Origin: Planctomycetota bacterium | GTDB lineage: Bacteria > Planctomycetota > UBA1135 > UBA2386 | DNA: 64,000 bases | Assembly: GCA_965250175.1 (NCBI GenBank) | Contig: CBDFNI010000009.1 | Span: 1,258,265-1,322,264, forward strand | Direction of reading: 5' to 3' | Part shown: positions 28,039-38,190 of the stretch, piece after piece | Layout of the letters: each line of letters begins with the position of its first letter | Numbering within the stretch: the stretch's first letter is position 1 | The notes under the pieces: generated by a model | Databases searched by the model: none | The model's input: only the letters and a program-made list of their open reading frames with translations | Told to the model about the DNA's origin: nothing | Program-made: the position numbers and the translations under genes

Positions 28039-29022
28039 ATGTCGATTTCGCCAACTAGTTCACAGCCAACGATCCCCACCCTGGCAGATATCCGTGCGGC
28101 CCATGCGCGTATCCAGGAGCACATTCACCAGACCTCGGTGCTGACCAGCGGCAGCATGGATGCGTTGTTGGGGGCCAGGTTCTTCTTCAAGTGCGAGAAC
28201 TTCCAGAAGGTGGGCGCCTTCAAGTTCCGCGGTGCCTGCAATGCTGTGCTCAGTTTGGATCAAGCCAGCCTGCAGCGTGGGGTAGCCACCCATTCCTCCG
28301 GCAACCACGCTGCCGCCTTGTCCTTGGCCGCAAGGATACAAGGCGTGCCGGCATACATCGTCATGCCGGAGAATGCGCCGGCGGTGAAGAAGCAGGCGGT
28401 GGCGGGCTATGGAGCCAAGATCACTTTTTGTGAATCCACTTTACAGGCCAGGGAAGCGAACTTGGCGGCAGTGGTGGCCGAGACCGGTGCCATCTTCATT
28501 CCTCCCTATGATGACCGGCGCATCATCTGCGGTCAGGGCACGGCGGCCTTGGAGCTTTTGCAACAAGTGAAGAAGGAAGGTGAAGACTTGGACATGGTCC
28601 TGGCACCAGTAGGCGGCGGTGGCTTGTTGAGCGGCAGCGCCTGTGCGAGCAAGGGAGTCGATGCGGGTATCAAGGTGTACGGCTGTGAGCCCGCCGGTGC
28701 GGATGACGCGCACCGTTCCTTCAAGGCTGGTCAGTTGCTGCCATCAACGAATCCCAAGACCATTGCCGATGGCTTGCTGACTTCTCTGAGTGAATTGACC
28801 TTCGGCATCATCCAGGCCCGGGCGGACGACATCGTCACTGCCGAGGAGGCATCCATCATCCAAGCCATGCGTATGATCTGGGAGCGGATGAAGATTGTAA
28901 TCGAGCCATCGTCGGCGTTACCCCTGGCTGTTTTGCTGGAGCAGAAGTTGGACTTTTCCGGCAAGCGGGTAGGGATCATCCTGTCCGGCGGCAATGTGGA
29001 CCTGTCTCGCCTACCGTTCTAG
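28039..29022 (+). CDS. PLP-dependent threonine/serine dehydratase family (serine racemase-like)
   Basis: FFFKCENFQKVGAFKFRGACN (PLP-lysine motif) and SSGNHAAALSLAA, GGGGL; the ORF starts at 27985, internal ATG 28039 is more plausible. Confidence 0.75.
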   Translation: MSISPTSSQPTIPTLADIRAAHARIQEHIHQTSVLTSGSMDALLGARFFFKCENFQKVGAFKFRGACNAVLSLDQASLQRGVATHSSGNHAAALSLAARIQGVPAYIVMPENAPAVKKQAVAGYGAKITFCESTLQAREANLAAVVAETGAIFIPPYDDRRIICGQGTAALELLQQVKKEGEDLDMVLAPVGGGGLLSGSACASKGVDAGIKVYGCEPAGADDAHRSFKAGQLLPSTNPKTIADGLLTSLSELTFGIIQARADDIVTAEEASIIQAMRMIWERMKIVIEPSSALPLAVLLEQKLDFSGKRVGIILSGGNVDLSRLPF

Positions 29023-29041
29023 GCGGGGTTGAAACTTTGGT

Positions 29042-29602
29042 CTACCAGCCGCTGCGCTCGCTTTCGCGAGTGATCCTCTCGGCCGCAGAGAACACCACGA
29101 TGGACAGTAGGTCAAAGACGCTTACATAGCCACAGAATATTGCGAAGAGGATGCCGATAACGAAGCTGATGAGGGGTCCGGTAAATCTGTTTGCTTTGGT
29201 GATGTGCCAAAGGAAACCAACTGCTGCGCCAACACCCGTGGCCAGCAGAATGCCCATGAAGTGGAAGCCGAAGAAGAATCCCTGATCCAAGAGTTGCGCC
29301 AGCAAGAAGATCACAGCGCCGCCCAGCAAGTCCTGCTTTAGCCGGGTTTGTTGATTCCTTGCCCACATGGCATCTTGCTCAGCTTGCTTCTGCCAGTCCT
29401 TGCGGACGGTTTCCTTGACGCCCTCCGGCAGGCGAGCGAACTCGTCATTGTGTTCTCTAGGATCGACTTGTGGAAGTTGGCTGGTGAGTTCTCTCATGCG
29501 TTTGGCTGTCCTTGTCATGGCGATGCAGGCCATGGCTTGGCTTGTTGAACTCTTTAGGTATCGGAATGCATGGGTTTGCTGCCTGAGCCCGGAATGATGC
29601 AA
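29042..29602 (-). CDS. hypothetical membrane protein
   Basis: 186 aa with several hydrophobic helices in the C-terminal half. Confidence 0.4.
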   Translation of the reverse strand: MHHSGLRQQTHAFRYLKSSTSQAMACIAMTRTAKRMRELTSQLPQVDPREHNDEFARLPEGVKETVRKDWQKQAEQDAMWARNQQTRLKQDLLGGAVIFLLAQLLDQGFFFGFHFMGILLATGVGAAVGFLWHITKANRFTGPLISFVIGILFAIFCGYVSVFDLLSIVVFSAAERITRESERSGW

Positions 29603-29692
29603 TTGGCTGAACTCCTCTTGCAGGACACGAGAGTGCGTTGGTAAGGGATGGTTACCTGCTAATTCAAGTCAGGCTCCGCTTGCAAAGTTGGA

Positions 29693-29992
29693 TCAGTGAA
29701 ACACCTTCGTTTCTCCATGTCTGCGACCCTCGACATCACCAGGCCGCATGTAAGCCGTTTCTTTGAGGGTGAAATGCGTGTGCAGGCGAGGGCGTTGAAC
29801 CAGAACATTGTCAGCGCAGAGTTCTTTTAAGGTGCGCTTCACCTTGGCGTATTCGAGCTTGGGAAAATTTGGGTAGCGGGCAACAACCATGCGTTCCAGA
29901 ACTATGGATGCAGTCCAAATGATGCGTCGCCGATTCTTTGGATCTTTGATGCATTCCATGATCCGACTGCGGGAAAAGAGTTCAGAGTTCAC
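29693..29992 (-). CDS. hypothetical small protein in a low-GC patch
   Basis: 99-aa ORF in a locally AT-richer segment (29.6-30.35 kb); possible winged-helix-like segment. Confidence 0.3.
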   Translation of the reverse strand: MNSELFSRSRIMECIKDPKNRRRIIWTASIVLERMVVARYPNFPKLEYAKVKRTLKELCADNVLVQRPRLHTHFTLKETAYMRPGDVEGRRHGETKVFH

Positions 29993-30448
29993 CCAGTTCT
30001 CCTTTGGTTAGAGAAATGTGGATGGTCGTAAGTTGAATGCGGTAAATCGTACATGCTTGCAAAATGCTTTCGTTTCGCTATGCTAGGAAACTGCTTTGTG
30101 CGGGTGCTGGCGCGCTAAGATCCCCAAAGATAATGCGCTAGCAAAGGAAGAGAGCTGTTTTTGAGAATATCTGCCAACGCAAACGTTAGCAGTTCAAAGT
30201 CAGTGCGAGGACCCTGTCCTTTTCCCATGCACCTAACCATGAACCATGCCAAGCACTGGCATGCTGTCCTGCAACCCCTCGGGACAATTTCTGGGTCAAA
30301 CTGGCCCGGCAAGTCAAACTAGGGAGCAGATCACCGCAAGGGTTGGCGGTTGGCGACTAGCCGACGCGTTTCTCTTGTATCCGTTTTCAATAGGGCCATA
30401 TTGGCCCGGCAGCACCCTGCTTTCGTGCTGGTTTTTACCCCCAGGCCT

Positions 30449-31072
30449 ATGGAATCCATCTACTTCTACTGTGCTGCCATTGGTGGTGGCGTCCTGATCC
30501 TGCAGACTCTGCTGTTGATCTTTGTCGGTGGCGACATGGACGGCGACATGGATGCGGACTTTGGCGATGCCAGTGATGCTCTGGATGGCGCGGGGGAATC
30601 CAGTGGCGGCCTGGCCGCCGACGCTGCCGACGCCGCTGATCTCGCGGATTCCAGCGACAGCATCCTGAAGGTGTTGTCCTTAAAGACCGTGGTCGCCTTC
30701 CTGACCTTCTTTGGCTTGACCGGGCTGGCTTGCATTGAAGCGGAGATGGACAACAACTGGACCATTGTCATTTCCTTCGCTGCAGGATCCGTCGCGGTCT
30801 TCATCGTCGCCTACCTCATGCGGGGTCTGTCGGAGTTGCACTCCTCAGGAAATATGAATCTCAAGAATGCCGTGAACTGTCGGGGGCAGGTCTACCTGCG
30901 CATCCCCGGTAAGTTTGCCGGCGAGGGCAAAGTCACCTTGACGGTGCAAGGTCGCAAGATCACCCGCAAGGCTGTGACCTCGGGGCCGGAGATCCCCACC
31001 GGTGCTGCTATCCGTGTAACCGGACTGAGCGGCACTGAAATATTGGAAGTAACTTCACTGGTGGAACAATAA
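30449..31072 (+). CDS. NfeD-family membrane protein (flotillin-associated, short form)
   Basis: N-terminal transmembrane helices, acidic linker, C-terminal OB-fold (GQVYLRIPGKFAGEGKVTLTVQGRKI...IRVTGLSGTEILEV); immediately upstream of flotillin. Confidence 0.65.
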   Translation: MESIYFYCAAIGGGVLILQTLLLIFVGGDMDGDMDADFGDASDALDGAGESSGGLAADAADAADLADSSDSILKVLSLKTVVAFLTFFGLTGLACIEAEMDNNWTIVISFAAGSVAVFIVAYLMRGLSELHSSGNMNLKNAVNCRGQVYLRIPGKFAGEGKVTLTVQGRKITRKAVTSGPEIPTGAAIRVTGLSGTEILEVTSLVEQ

Positions 31073-31082
31073 GGAGAGAACC

Positions 31083-32918
31083 ATGCTTACTACGTCTTTG
31101 TCAGTCGCGTCTGTGTTGATGCAATCTCCGTCTGGGTTGAAAAACACCGACGGACAGAATGCTTTTCTACTGCTGCTTATCGGCGCCGGTATCCTCATTC
31201 TCTTCGGCTTGTTCATGGTGGTGGCCAAGCGCTACAAGCGCTGCCCCTCCAACAAGGTATTGGTGATCTTTGGCCGCATCAAACAGGGTGAGTCTTCTCG
31301 CTGTTTGCATGGTGGTGGCGCCTTTGTCTGGCCGCTGATTCAGGACTACGACTACCTGTCTCTGGATCCCATTCAGATTGAAGTGCCCCTCAAGGGAGCG
31401 CTGTCCATTGAGAACATTCGGGTGAATGTGCCCTCTGTGTTCACCGTCGCCATCGGCACCGAACGGGGTGTCATGCAAAACGCCGCTGTGCGTTTGCTGG
31501 CCTTGAAGACCGGTGAGATCATGAAGCAGGCGGAAGACATCATCTTTGGTCAGCTGCGCCAGGTGATCGCCTCCATGGGCATCGAGGACATCAACCGCGA
31601 CCGGGACAAGTTCCTGGAGAACATCCAGACATCCCTGGAAGGTGAGTTGGAAAAGATTGGCCTGGTGCTGATCAACGTGAACATCACTGACATCACTGAT
31701 GAGTCCGGCTACATCGAGGCCATCGGACGCAAGGCAGCGTCCACCGCGGTGCAGCAGGCAGAGATTGACGTGGCAGTACAGCAGAAGAAGGGTGCTATCG
31801 GTGTGGCGGAAGCCAACCGGGAACGCGCCGTGCAGGTGGCACAGGCGGAAAAGGTGCGGGACATTGGCACCAAGGAAGCGGACCGTGACCGGACGGTGGA
31901 AGTGGCTTCCTTGCAGCGGGACACCGTCATTGGTGAGCAGACTGCTGCATTTGATCAGGAGTCCCAGGTCAAGGAGGCGGAGCGCGGCATGCGTATTGCC
32001 GTGGCCAATGCGGACGCCAAGGCAGTGGCCGGTGAGAACCTTTCCAAGGCGGATATTGCTGATGCCAATGCAACCCTCAGGGTGAAGCAGGCCGAGGCAT
32101 ACCAGTTGGGTGAGACGCGGCATCGGGAAGCGGAAGCTGCGGTGTTGGAAGCTCAGTACGAAGCGCAGACCCGGGCGGCGGAAGCCATGGGGCGCAAGGT
32201 GGAACAGGAGAAGCGGGCCGAGTTGGAAGCAGTGGCCAAGGCTGCCAAGGCCAAGCAAATCGTGGACGCCGAAGCCGACGCGCAGGAAGTTCGTATTGCT
32301 GCGGATGCCGCAGCGGCGGCGACCTATGCCAAGTTGGAAGCGCAAGCTCGCGGTGAGTACGAAATCCTGGCGAAGAAGGCCGAAGGTCTGGAACGCATCG
32401 TCAAGGGTTGTGGTGGTTCACAGGAAGCCTTCCAACTGCTCATGCTGGAGCACCTGGAACAGCTTTCGGAAACTGCAGCCAAGGCTATCTCCAACATCAA
32501 GTTCGACAAGATCGTGGTCTGGGATGGTTCAAAGGGCGATTCCACTGCCGGCTTCTTGCAGAACCTGGGCCGTTCCCTGCCACCCATGCTCAACATGATG
32601 AAGGACGTGGGCGGCGTCGAGATGCCCGAGTTCTTCGGCAAGTTGGTGGATGACAAGGCGAATGCCAAGGCGAAGGTGAAGACTGCCAAGGCAGAGGAGG
32701 TCGTAGCCAAGCCTCATGCGGCCAAGTCGGAGTCGGGCCAAGTCGCAGTCTCCCAAGCAGCAGCCTCCCAGCCAACAGGGCGGCGGACAGGGGCCAGCCG
32801 ACCGCAGCTAGGAACTGGCGGGGCGAGGATTGGGTCCGTTGCGCGAGGAAAACCTTGCGCGCTCCTCGCCCCTTTGCTGAGCTATGGGGTTGGAATGTTC
32901 TTCATCTTCAACCCCTAG
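31083..32918 (+). CDS. flotillin-family SPFH/Band-7 protein (FloT/YuaG-like)
   Basis: N-terminal membrane hairpin, SPFH domain, long coiled coil with EA-rich repeats; 10 nt downstream of nfeD. Confidence 0.8.
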   Translation: MLTTSLSVASVLMQSPSGLKNTDGQNAFLLLLIGAGILILFGLFMVVAKRYKRCPSNKVLVIFGRIKQGESSRCLHGGGAFVWPLIQDYDYLSLDPIQIEVPLKGALSIENIRVNVPSVFTVAIGTERGVMQNAAVRLLALKTGEIMKQAEDIIFGQLRQVIASMGIEDINRDRDKFLENIQTSLEGELEKIGLVLINVNITDITDESGYIEAIGRKAASTAVQQAEIDVAVQQKKGAIGVAEANRERAVQVAQAEKVRDIGTKEADRDRTVEVASLQRDTVIGEQTAAFDQESQVKEAERGMRIAVANADAKAVAGENLSKADIADANATLRVKQAEAYQLGETRHREAEAAVLEAQYEAQTRAAEAMGRKVEQEKRAELEAVAKAAKAKQIVDAEADAQEVRIAADAAAAATYAKLEAQARGEYEILAKKAEGLERIVKGCGGSQEAFQLLMLEHLEQLSETAAKAISNIKFDKIVVWDGSKGDSTAGFLQNLGRSLPPMLNMMKDVGGVEMPEFFGKLVDDKANAKAKVKTAKAEEVVAKPHAAKSESGQVAVSQAAASQPTGRRTGASRPQLGTGGARIGSVARGKPCALLAPLLSYGVGMFFIFNP

Positions 32919-32931
32919 CAAACAGCTCGCC

Positions 32932-33108
32932 ATGACCTACCCAAACAAACCTGCGGCCAAATTCCATCTCACCATCCTTGCCTGCTGCCTCTTCGCTGTT
33001 CCCGGCTTTAGCCAGACTCGGGAGAAGAAGCCTAGTGCGAAGAACTTCCCTACCTTGATCAATGAAAGCTTGATGGAGTTTGAGGGGAAGAAATTCAGCC
33101 TCTCCTAA
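32932..33108 (+). pseudogene. 5' part of a secreted-protein gene interrupted by ISL3
   Basis: Signal peptide MTYPNKPAAKFHLTILACCLFAVPGFSQT; the frame ...EGKKFS reaches the IS target duplication at 33090-33099 and continues at 34721 in the same frame. Confidence 0.55.
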
Positions 33109-34710
33109 AGGAGGTGTAGGTCATGCCGGGTGCTGATTTCGTCTGGGGACCTTGTATTCGCAAAGGAGAACGCGGATAGCTGCATCTGAAACTCGGTGGG
33201 TTCCCGGTACAGGTTGTAGGCCCTCTTTGAGGATGTGGCAGAGTGCCAAGCCGCCCTGGCGGTTTGGCATCTAAGGAAAGGGCCGTGAGCCGTAGGGGCA
33301 GTCAAGGCTGGCCGTAGGCCACGAGCGGAGCGAGCTTGGCCTTTATGGCACCGAGGCTTGCGGCACAGAGCTGGGGAAAGCTGTTTGCGTTGAGCCAAGC
33401 GTACATAGAAATTGCGCACTGACTGCGTCGAGCATGTTTGATCGCTCTCGACGCAATGGACTTAGTTTTACGCAAGGTCGCATCAGTGCGCGTCACCACC
33501 CTACTCAACAAGCTCCTCAATCTCCAGGGGCTCCGGGTCACCGGAGCCCAATTTCAAGACGGCGAGATGATTCTCAGTGTCCACCGACGATTCCAGCTTC
33601 TGACCTGCCCACACTGTGGCAAGCGCAAGCGTGGCCGAGAATCCAAACGAAAGCGGCGATGGCGACACTTGGGCATCTGGGGCCATGAGGTTTACTTGGA
33701 GGGTGAAATACGGCGTTTACGGTGCAAGAAATGCAATGTGGTTGTGACCGAGGCGGTCCCCTGGGCCAGGCATGGCAGTGACTTTACCAAGCCCTTTGAG
33801 GATGTGGTCGCCCTGCTGGCGCAGCAAACAAACGTAACAGCCGTCGCCAGGCTGACTGGGATTTCGTGGGTGACCGTAGGAGCAATCGCTGAGCGTGTCG
33901 TCAGCGAGAACCTTGACCCAAACCGCTTTGATGGTCTGCGCCGCATTGCTGTGGACGAAATCAGCTTCCGCAAGCGACACCGCTACCTGACGGTGGTCAC
34001 CGACCACGACAAGAGAAGGGTAATCTGGGTCGCCGAAGGCAAGAGTGCTGATGTGTTCAAGAGATTTTTCACCGAAATCGGTGCTGATGCTTGCGAGCAC
34101 ATCGAAATTGCCACCATGGACATGTCGGCTGCCTACCGAAAGGCGGCAGCGGAAAATCTTCCAAATGCACAGATCGTCTTTGATCACTTCCACATTGCCA
34201 AGTTGGCCAACGAAGCTCTCAACGAGGTCCGGCGTGAACTCATGCGCAATGCCGACAATCCCGATGCCAAGAAGGCAATCAAGGGAACGATGTGGGCACT
34301 CCTTCACCGCCAAGATAACACCACCGAAAAGCACATGGGCATCATCGGTCATCTTCGCCCGGAGCAACCACTTGGGCGCGCCTACTTGCTCAAGGAGACT
34401 CTGCTCGACATCCTGCGAGGCAGCATCAAAGAGTCAGAGCTTGCTCTTGATGGTTGGATGGCCTGGGCTTCACGCTCCCGACTCAAGCCATTCGTCAAAC
34501 TCGGCAAAACGATCCGCAAACACCTTGGCGGGATCCTGGCTCTCTTCAAAGAACGATTCACCAATGGCCTGGCGGAAGGCATGAACAACAAAATTCGCCT
34601 CCTCAGCCATCGCGCCTATGGCTTCCACAGCGCAGCCCCTTTGATTGCTACCATCTTCCTCTGCTGTGGTGGGGTCAGGCTTCCTGACCTACAACTGCTT
34701 TAGGAGAACC
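33100..34710 (+). mobile_element. ISL3-family insertion sequence (~1.6 kb)
   Basis: ~24-bp terminal IRs TCTCCTAAAG[G/C]AG[G/T]TGTAGGTCA (33101-33123; 34685-34708 reverse complement) flanked by direct repeat (G)AAATTCAGC (33090-33099 and 34711-34720). Confidence 0.8.
33438..34703 (+). CDS. ISL3-family transposase
   Basis: zf-ISL3 N-terminus (LLNLQGLRVTG...CPHCG...C) and DDE region with C-terminal TNGLAEGMNNKIRLL...RAYGF typical of ISL3. Confidence 0.85.
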   Translation: MIALDAMDLVLRKVASVRVTTLLNKLLNLQGLRVTGAQFQDGEMILSVHRRFQLLTCPHCGKRKRGRESKRKRRWRHLGIWGHEVYLEGEIRRLRCKKCNVVVTEAVPWARHGSDFTKPFEDVVALLAQQTNVTAVARLTGISWVTVGAIAERVVSENLDPNRFDGLRRIAVDEISFRKRHRYLTVVTDHDKRRVIWVAEGKSADVFKRFFTEIGADACEHIEIATMDMSAAYRKAAAENLPNAQIVFDHFHIAKLANEALNEVRRELMRNADNPDAKKAIKGTMWALLHRQDNTTEKHMGIIGHLRPEQPLGRAYLLKETLLDILRGSIKESELALDGWMAWASRSRLKPFVKLGKTIRKHLGGILALFKERFTNGLAEGMNNKIRLLSHRAYGFHSAAPLIATIFLCCGGVRLPDLQLL

Positions 34711-34711
34711 G

Positions 34712-35200
34712 AAATTCAGCTCTGCCATCAGCAAGCTGCAGGAGGCCATCCGCATTGCCAAGGAGGAGCTGAAGAAGGCTCTCATCGCAGCAATGCCCAA
34801 CCCTGAGGGTTTCACCGTAAAGAAGCCACGGAGGAACAGGAACGCGGGGAATCCTTTTGCAAAAAACCTGCTCGGTAGCATTGCCGACCCTATTGAGCAC
34901 ACCCTCAATGGGGCCGATGGCAAGAGTATCAAGATCTCATGTGTGATGGATTCGCCATTGATCCAGATGCTGAATATGACTTTTGGTCTTGCTGAGAGCA
35001 ACCCGGATCAGGAAGCCATTGGCTACAATGAGCAAAAGGGTATGCTGGAGAAGAAGGGTGACAATGGCTTCAACTTGCAAATCATTCTCTGGGGCAAGCA
35101 CCTGATCACTATAGTTACCAAGGGAATCAGCGAAGAGGATCTGTTCAAGTGGTTCAACCAGGAATGGGTGGACAAGATTGCTGCCCTGCTAGGGAAGTAA
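34712..35200 (+). pseudogene. 3' part of the ISL3-interrupted secreted-protein gene
   Basis: The frame KFSSAISKLQEAIRIAKEELKK... continues in frame from the duplicated target; the annotated 135-aa ORF (34793..35200) is its tail. Confidence 0.5.
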
Positions 35201-36949
35201 TCATTCGGGCAGTGACAGGGTGAGCACCTGGGTCATGACGCCGTATCTTTGATCTGCGTCATTGAGCAGGCCGCCCTGCAAGTAGATCTTGCTAGGCAAC
35301 TTGTCCTCGGGCCAGGGAAAGACTTGGCGAGCAAGCAGCTGGCCATGTTTGTCCACCTGCTTGCTAAATCCCAGCAGCTCCAACTTGTCAAAACGGAAGA
35401 GCCCGGGCAATTTTGGCAGCAGGCCGTCAGGAGATGCGGCCAGGTGAAAGGAGCCGAACTGGGTTTGCACCGGCTGCGGCCGCAGCTTGGTGGACAGCCA
35501 AAACATGGTGCCCCAGCCAGGTGGGCCAGCCATTTCCACCTCCAGCACCAGGTTATTGCCCTCTTTACTCAGAGTGGCCCGAAGTTCCACTGGCAGTACC
35601 CGCAGCGGTTCTTCTGCCGTATGCCAGCCAGTCTCTGTCAGGAAGCGCAGGGCCTGGTCGCCGGGAAGCAGGTAGGGCGGCAGTTGCAGCAGCAGGCCAT
35701 CCTTGTTGCTTTGCACATCGGGTATCCACTGCTCACCCAGCTCTACCCGTTGCAGCCAGGCTGCGGGCAGTTCTTGCTGCAGGTGTACCTGTAGCGCAGT
35801 GCTCTCGAGGCAAGAGACCTGAACCGGCGAAATTGTGGCGTCCGCCAAAGGCCCCTTCTCCGGGTCACCGCCAGCTTGGCTGTGTTGGATCGAAGTAACC
35901 CGGGGGATCAACTTCTGCTGTAGGGCTTGGGCCAGGAATTCGTGGCCAAGATTGTCCGGGTGTACCCAATCCAGGAAACCCAGAGGTTCCTCCTGTGGCC
36001 ATGGGTAGGCGTCGATGCAGGTTGCGAACTCGTCATTGCCTTCCAACATCGCCACGCCATTTTCCTGCATGGTCTGGCGGGTGCTTTGGCGGTAATCCTT
36101 GGCAATGGGAAACTCAACCAAGGTCTTGGCGGGCAGGGGAGGGATCACACAGAGAACATGGGAGCCCAGGGCGCGAGCTTGTTCCACCATGGCCACCAGG
36201 TTGCTGCGGTATTCGGCAATGGGCACCCGGCGGCCATCCGGTGCCTTGCCTCCTCTGAAAGCCTCCTTGTAGGCTTCCCGAGTTTCTTCAGTGGAGGCGG
36301 CGGCCTTGCTGGTGGCCTTGCGATAGAGAGCTGTCAGTCGCAGCGAATGCAAGATGCTGCCGGACTCCATGGGTTCGCTGCGCTGGGCGTCAGTCATGCC
36401 GATGGCCGGCACGAAGTCATTCCAAACACCACAGTACAGGATGGTGACATCTGGCTTGATCTGTGCACCGTACTCCCGCAAGAAGATCTTGTTCTGGTGG
36501 GTGCTGTAGCCAGGCAGCGCCCCCAGAAAGCAGGAGACATCCCGCTGCGGCAGCATTTGTTGCAGTTTGTTTTCCAGCCGCGGTCCATAGGCCTGTTCGT
36601 GCCGGACCCCGAAACCAAAGGTGCATGAGTCGCCAAGGCAAAGGATGCGCAGTTCCCGTTCGTTCTTCTTGCTAATGGGCCAAGGCCCGCGGAATCCATG
36701 GGTATTGACTGCATAGGTGTCCCGGTCCTGGCGCAGGCGCCAGAACAGCAGGGGGTCTTGCGCAAACAGGTCCCTGTTGTCCAGCTCCGGTCCCATGAAG
36801 TGAAAGCTGGCGTCGCGGGGGAGGTCTAGAACTCTGAGTGCTACTTCCGCCAGACCGAGGCAGAAGCAAACCGTCAACAGGGCCAGGCAAAGGCGAGCCA
36901 TGAGGCTGCGCTTGCGACTTTGGGCTTTTGGAGAGTCTGCAGTTGGCAT
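35201..36949 (-). CDS. SGNH/GDSL-family hydrolase with N-terminal membrane anchor
   Basis: N-terminal transmembrane helix; GDS block ILCLGDSCTFGFG; ~580 aa with a C-terminal extension. Confidence 0.7.
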   Translation of the reverse strand: MPTADSPKAQSRKRSLMARLCLALLTVCFCLGLAEVALRVLDLPRDASFHFMGPELDNRDLFAQDPLLFWRLRQDRDTYAVNTHGFRGPWPISKKNERELRILCLGDSCTFGFGVRHEQAYGPRLENKLQQMLPQRDVSCFLGALPGYSTHQNKIFLREYGAQIKPDVTILYCGVWNDFVPAIGMTDAQRSEPMESGSILHSLRLTALYRKATSKAAASTEETREAYKEAFRGGKAPDGRRVPIAEYRSNLVAMVEQARALGSHVLCVIPPLPAKTLVEFPIAKDYRQSTRQTMQENGVAMLEGNDEFATCIDAYPWPQEEPLGFLDWVHPDNLGHEFLAQALQQKLIPRVTSIQHSQAGGDPEKGPLADATISPVQVSCLESTALQVHLQQELPAAWLQRVELGEQWIPDVQSNKDGLLLQLPPYLLPGDQALRFLTETGWHTAEEPLRVLPVELRATLSKEGNNLVLEVEMAGPPGWGTMFWLSTKLRPQPVQTQFGSFHLAASPDGLLPKLPGLFRFDKLELLGFSKQVDKHGQLLARQVFPWPEDKLPSKIYLQGGLLNDADQRYGVMTQVLTLSLPE

Positions 36950-37041
36950 CTTCGAAGAAACAGGCAGCCGGGAAAACCTGCGGCTGTTGAATCCATGTTG
37001 CTTGTCTTCTCAACCATTGCCCATACCTTGGGGGGGAACTT

Positions 37042-38085
37042 ATGGATTATTTAAAGAAAATCCTCGAAGCGCTGCCTGAGTTTCTGCCGGTTCTCGCAGC
37101 CATAGCTGTCTGCACCTTGGCTTTGTGGTTGGCTCATAGGTTTTTGGTGCATCCCAAGCTGCAGGTGGCGCAGAGCGAAAAGCTATCCAGGCAATTGCTC
37201 ATGTTGGCGCTCACCGCCGCGGCCATCGTCAGCATCATCTTGACTTTGCCTATTGATGGTGAAATGAAGGGTCAGTTGGTGGGTCTGCTGGGCTTGATCC
37301 TTACTGCGGTCATCGCTCTATCTTCCACCACCTTCGTGGCCAACATCATGGCGGGCATGATGCTGCGCAGCGTGCGCAGCTTTCGCACCGGTGACTTCAT
37401 TCGCATTGGTGATGAATTCGGTCGCGTCACTGAGCGGGGTCTGTTCCATATTGAGATTCAGACGGAGGATCGGGACCTCACCACCCTGCCCAACATGTAC
37501 CTGGTGTCTCAGCCGGTGACGGTAGTGCGGGCTTCGGGCACCATCATCTCCACGACCCTGTCTTTGGGTTACGGCGTTTCCCATGCCCAGGTGGAACCCC
37601 TGTTGGAAGAGGCAGCGCGGGAAGCGGGCCTCACCGATCCATTCGTGCAAGTTACGGAGTTGGGCAACTACGCGGTGACCTATCGGGTGGCTGGCATCTC
37701 GGATCAGGTGAAGCATTTGTTGACCACCCGCTCGCTGCTGCGGCGCGAGGTGTTGGACAACCTGCACAACGCGGGTATCGAGATTGCTTCGCCCACCATC
37801 ATGGACCAACGCCCACTGCCGGAAGATGCGCCCATCGTGCCCAGCGAAAATCCGAAGCGGAAGAAGCGTGCTCCCGACGCCACGCCGGAAGGGGTGATCT
37901 TCGACAAGGCCGACAAGGCAGAGAAGGTTGAGCTCTTGCGGGAGGAACGAGAGAAGCTGTTGGCGAAAGCCAAGGCCTTGGAGGAGGAGAAGCCGCAGCC
38001 CAAGGAGCGGATTTCAGCCTTGAAGAAGCGAGCCGAAGAGTTGGCGAAGAAGCTGCAGAGCGATGAGGGGCAGTTGGAGGACTAG
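37042..38085 (+). CDS. mechanosensitive ion channel, MscS family
   Basis: Three transmembrane helices followed by the MscS beta-domain (FRTGDFIRIGDEFGRVTERGLFHIEIQTEDRDLTTLPN); C-terminal coiled-coil tail. Confidence 0.8.
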   Translation: MDYLKKILEALPEFLPVLAAIAVCTLALWLAHRFLVHPKLQVAQSEKLSRQLLMLALTAAAIVSIILTLPIDGEMKGQLVGLLGLILTAVIALSSTTFVANIMAGMMLRSVRSFRTGDFIRIGDEFGRVTERGLFHIEIQTEDRDLTTLPNMYLVSQPVTVVRASGTIISTTLSLGYGVSHAQVEPLLEEAAREAGLTDPFVQVTELGNYAVTYRVAGISDQVKHLLTTRSLLRREVLDNLHNAGIEIASPTIMDQRPLPEDAPIVPSENPKRKKRAPDATPEGVIFDKADKAEKVELLREEREKLLAKAKALEEEKPQPKERISALKKRAEELAKKLQSDEGQLED

Positions 38086-38190
38086 AGGCAGGACTTGATT
38101 ACATAGTCGATACCTCCTCGGACATTCTCTCGGCGGGACTCCGTGCTACACTGGCCCGCCGTCATGAAAGTGTGGAAGACGCGAACCTCG

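Noticed and set aside
31167-32345. 392-aa minus-strand ORF
   Set aside because: Antisense to flotillin; no motifs; His/Leu/Arg-rich, with composition typical of the reverse of a coiled-coil gene.
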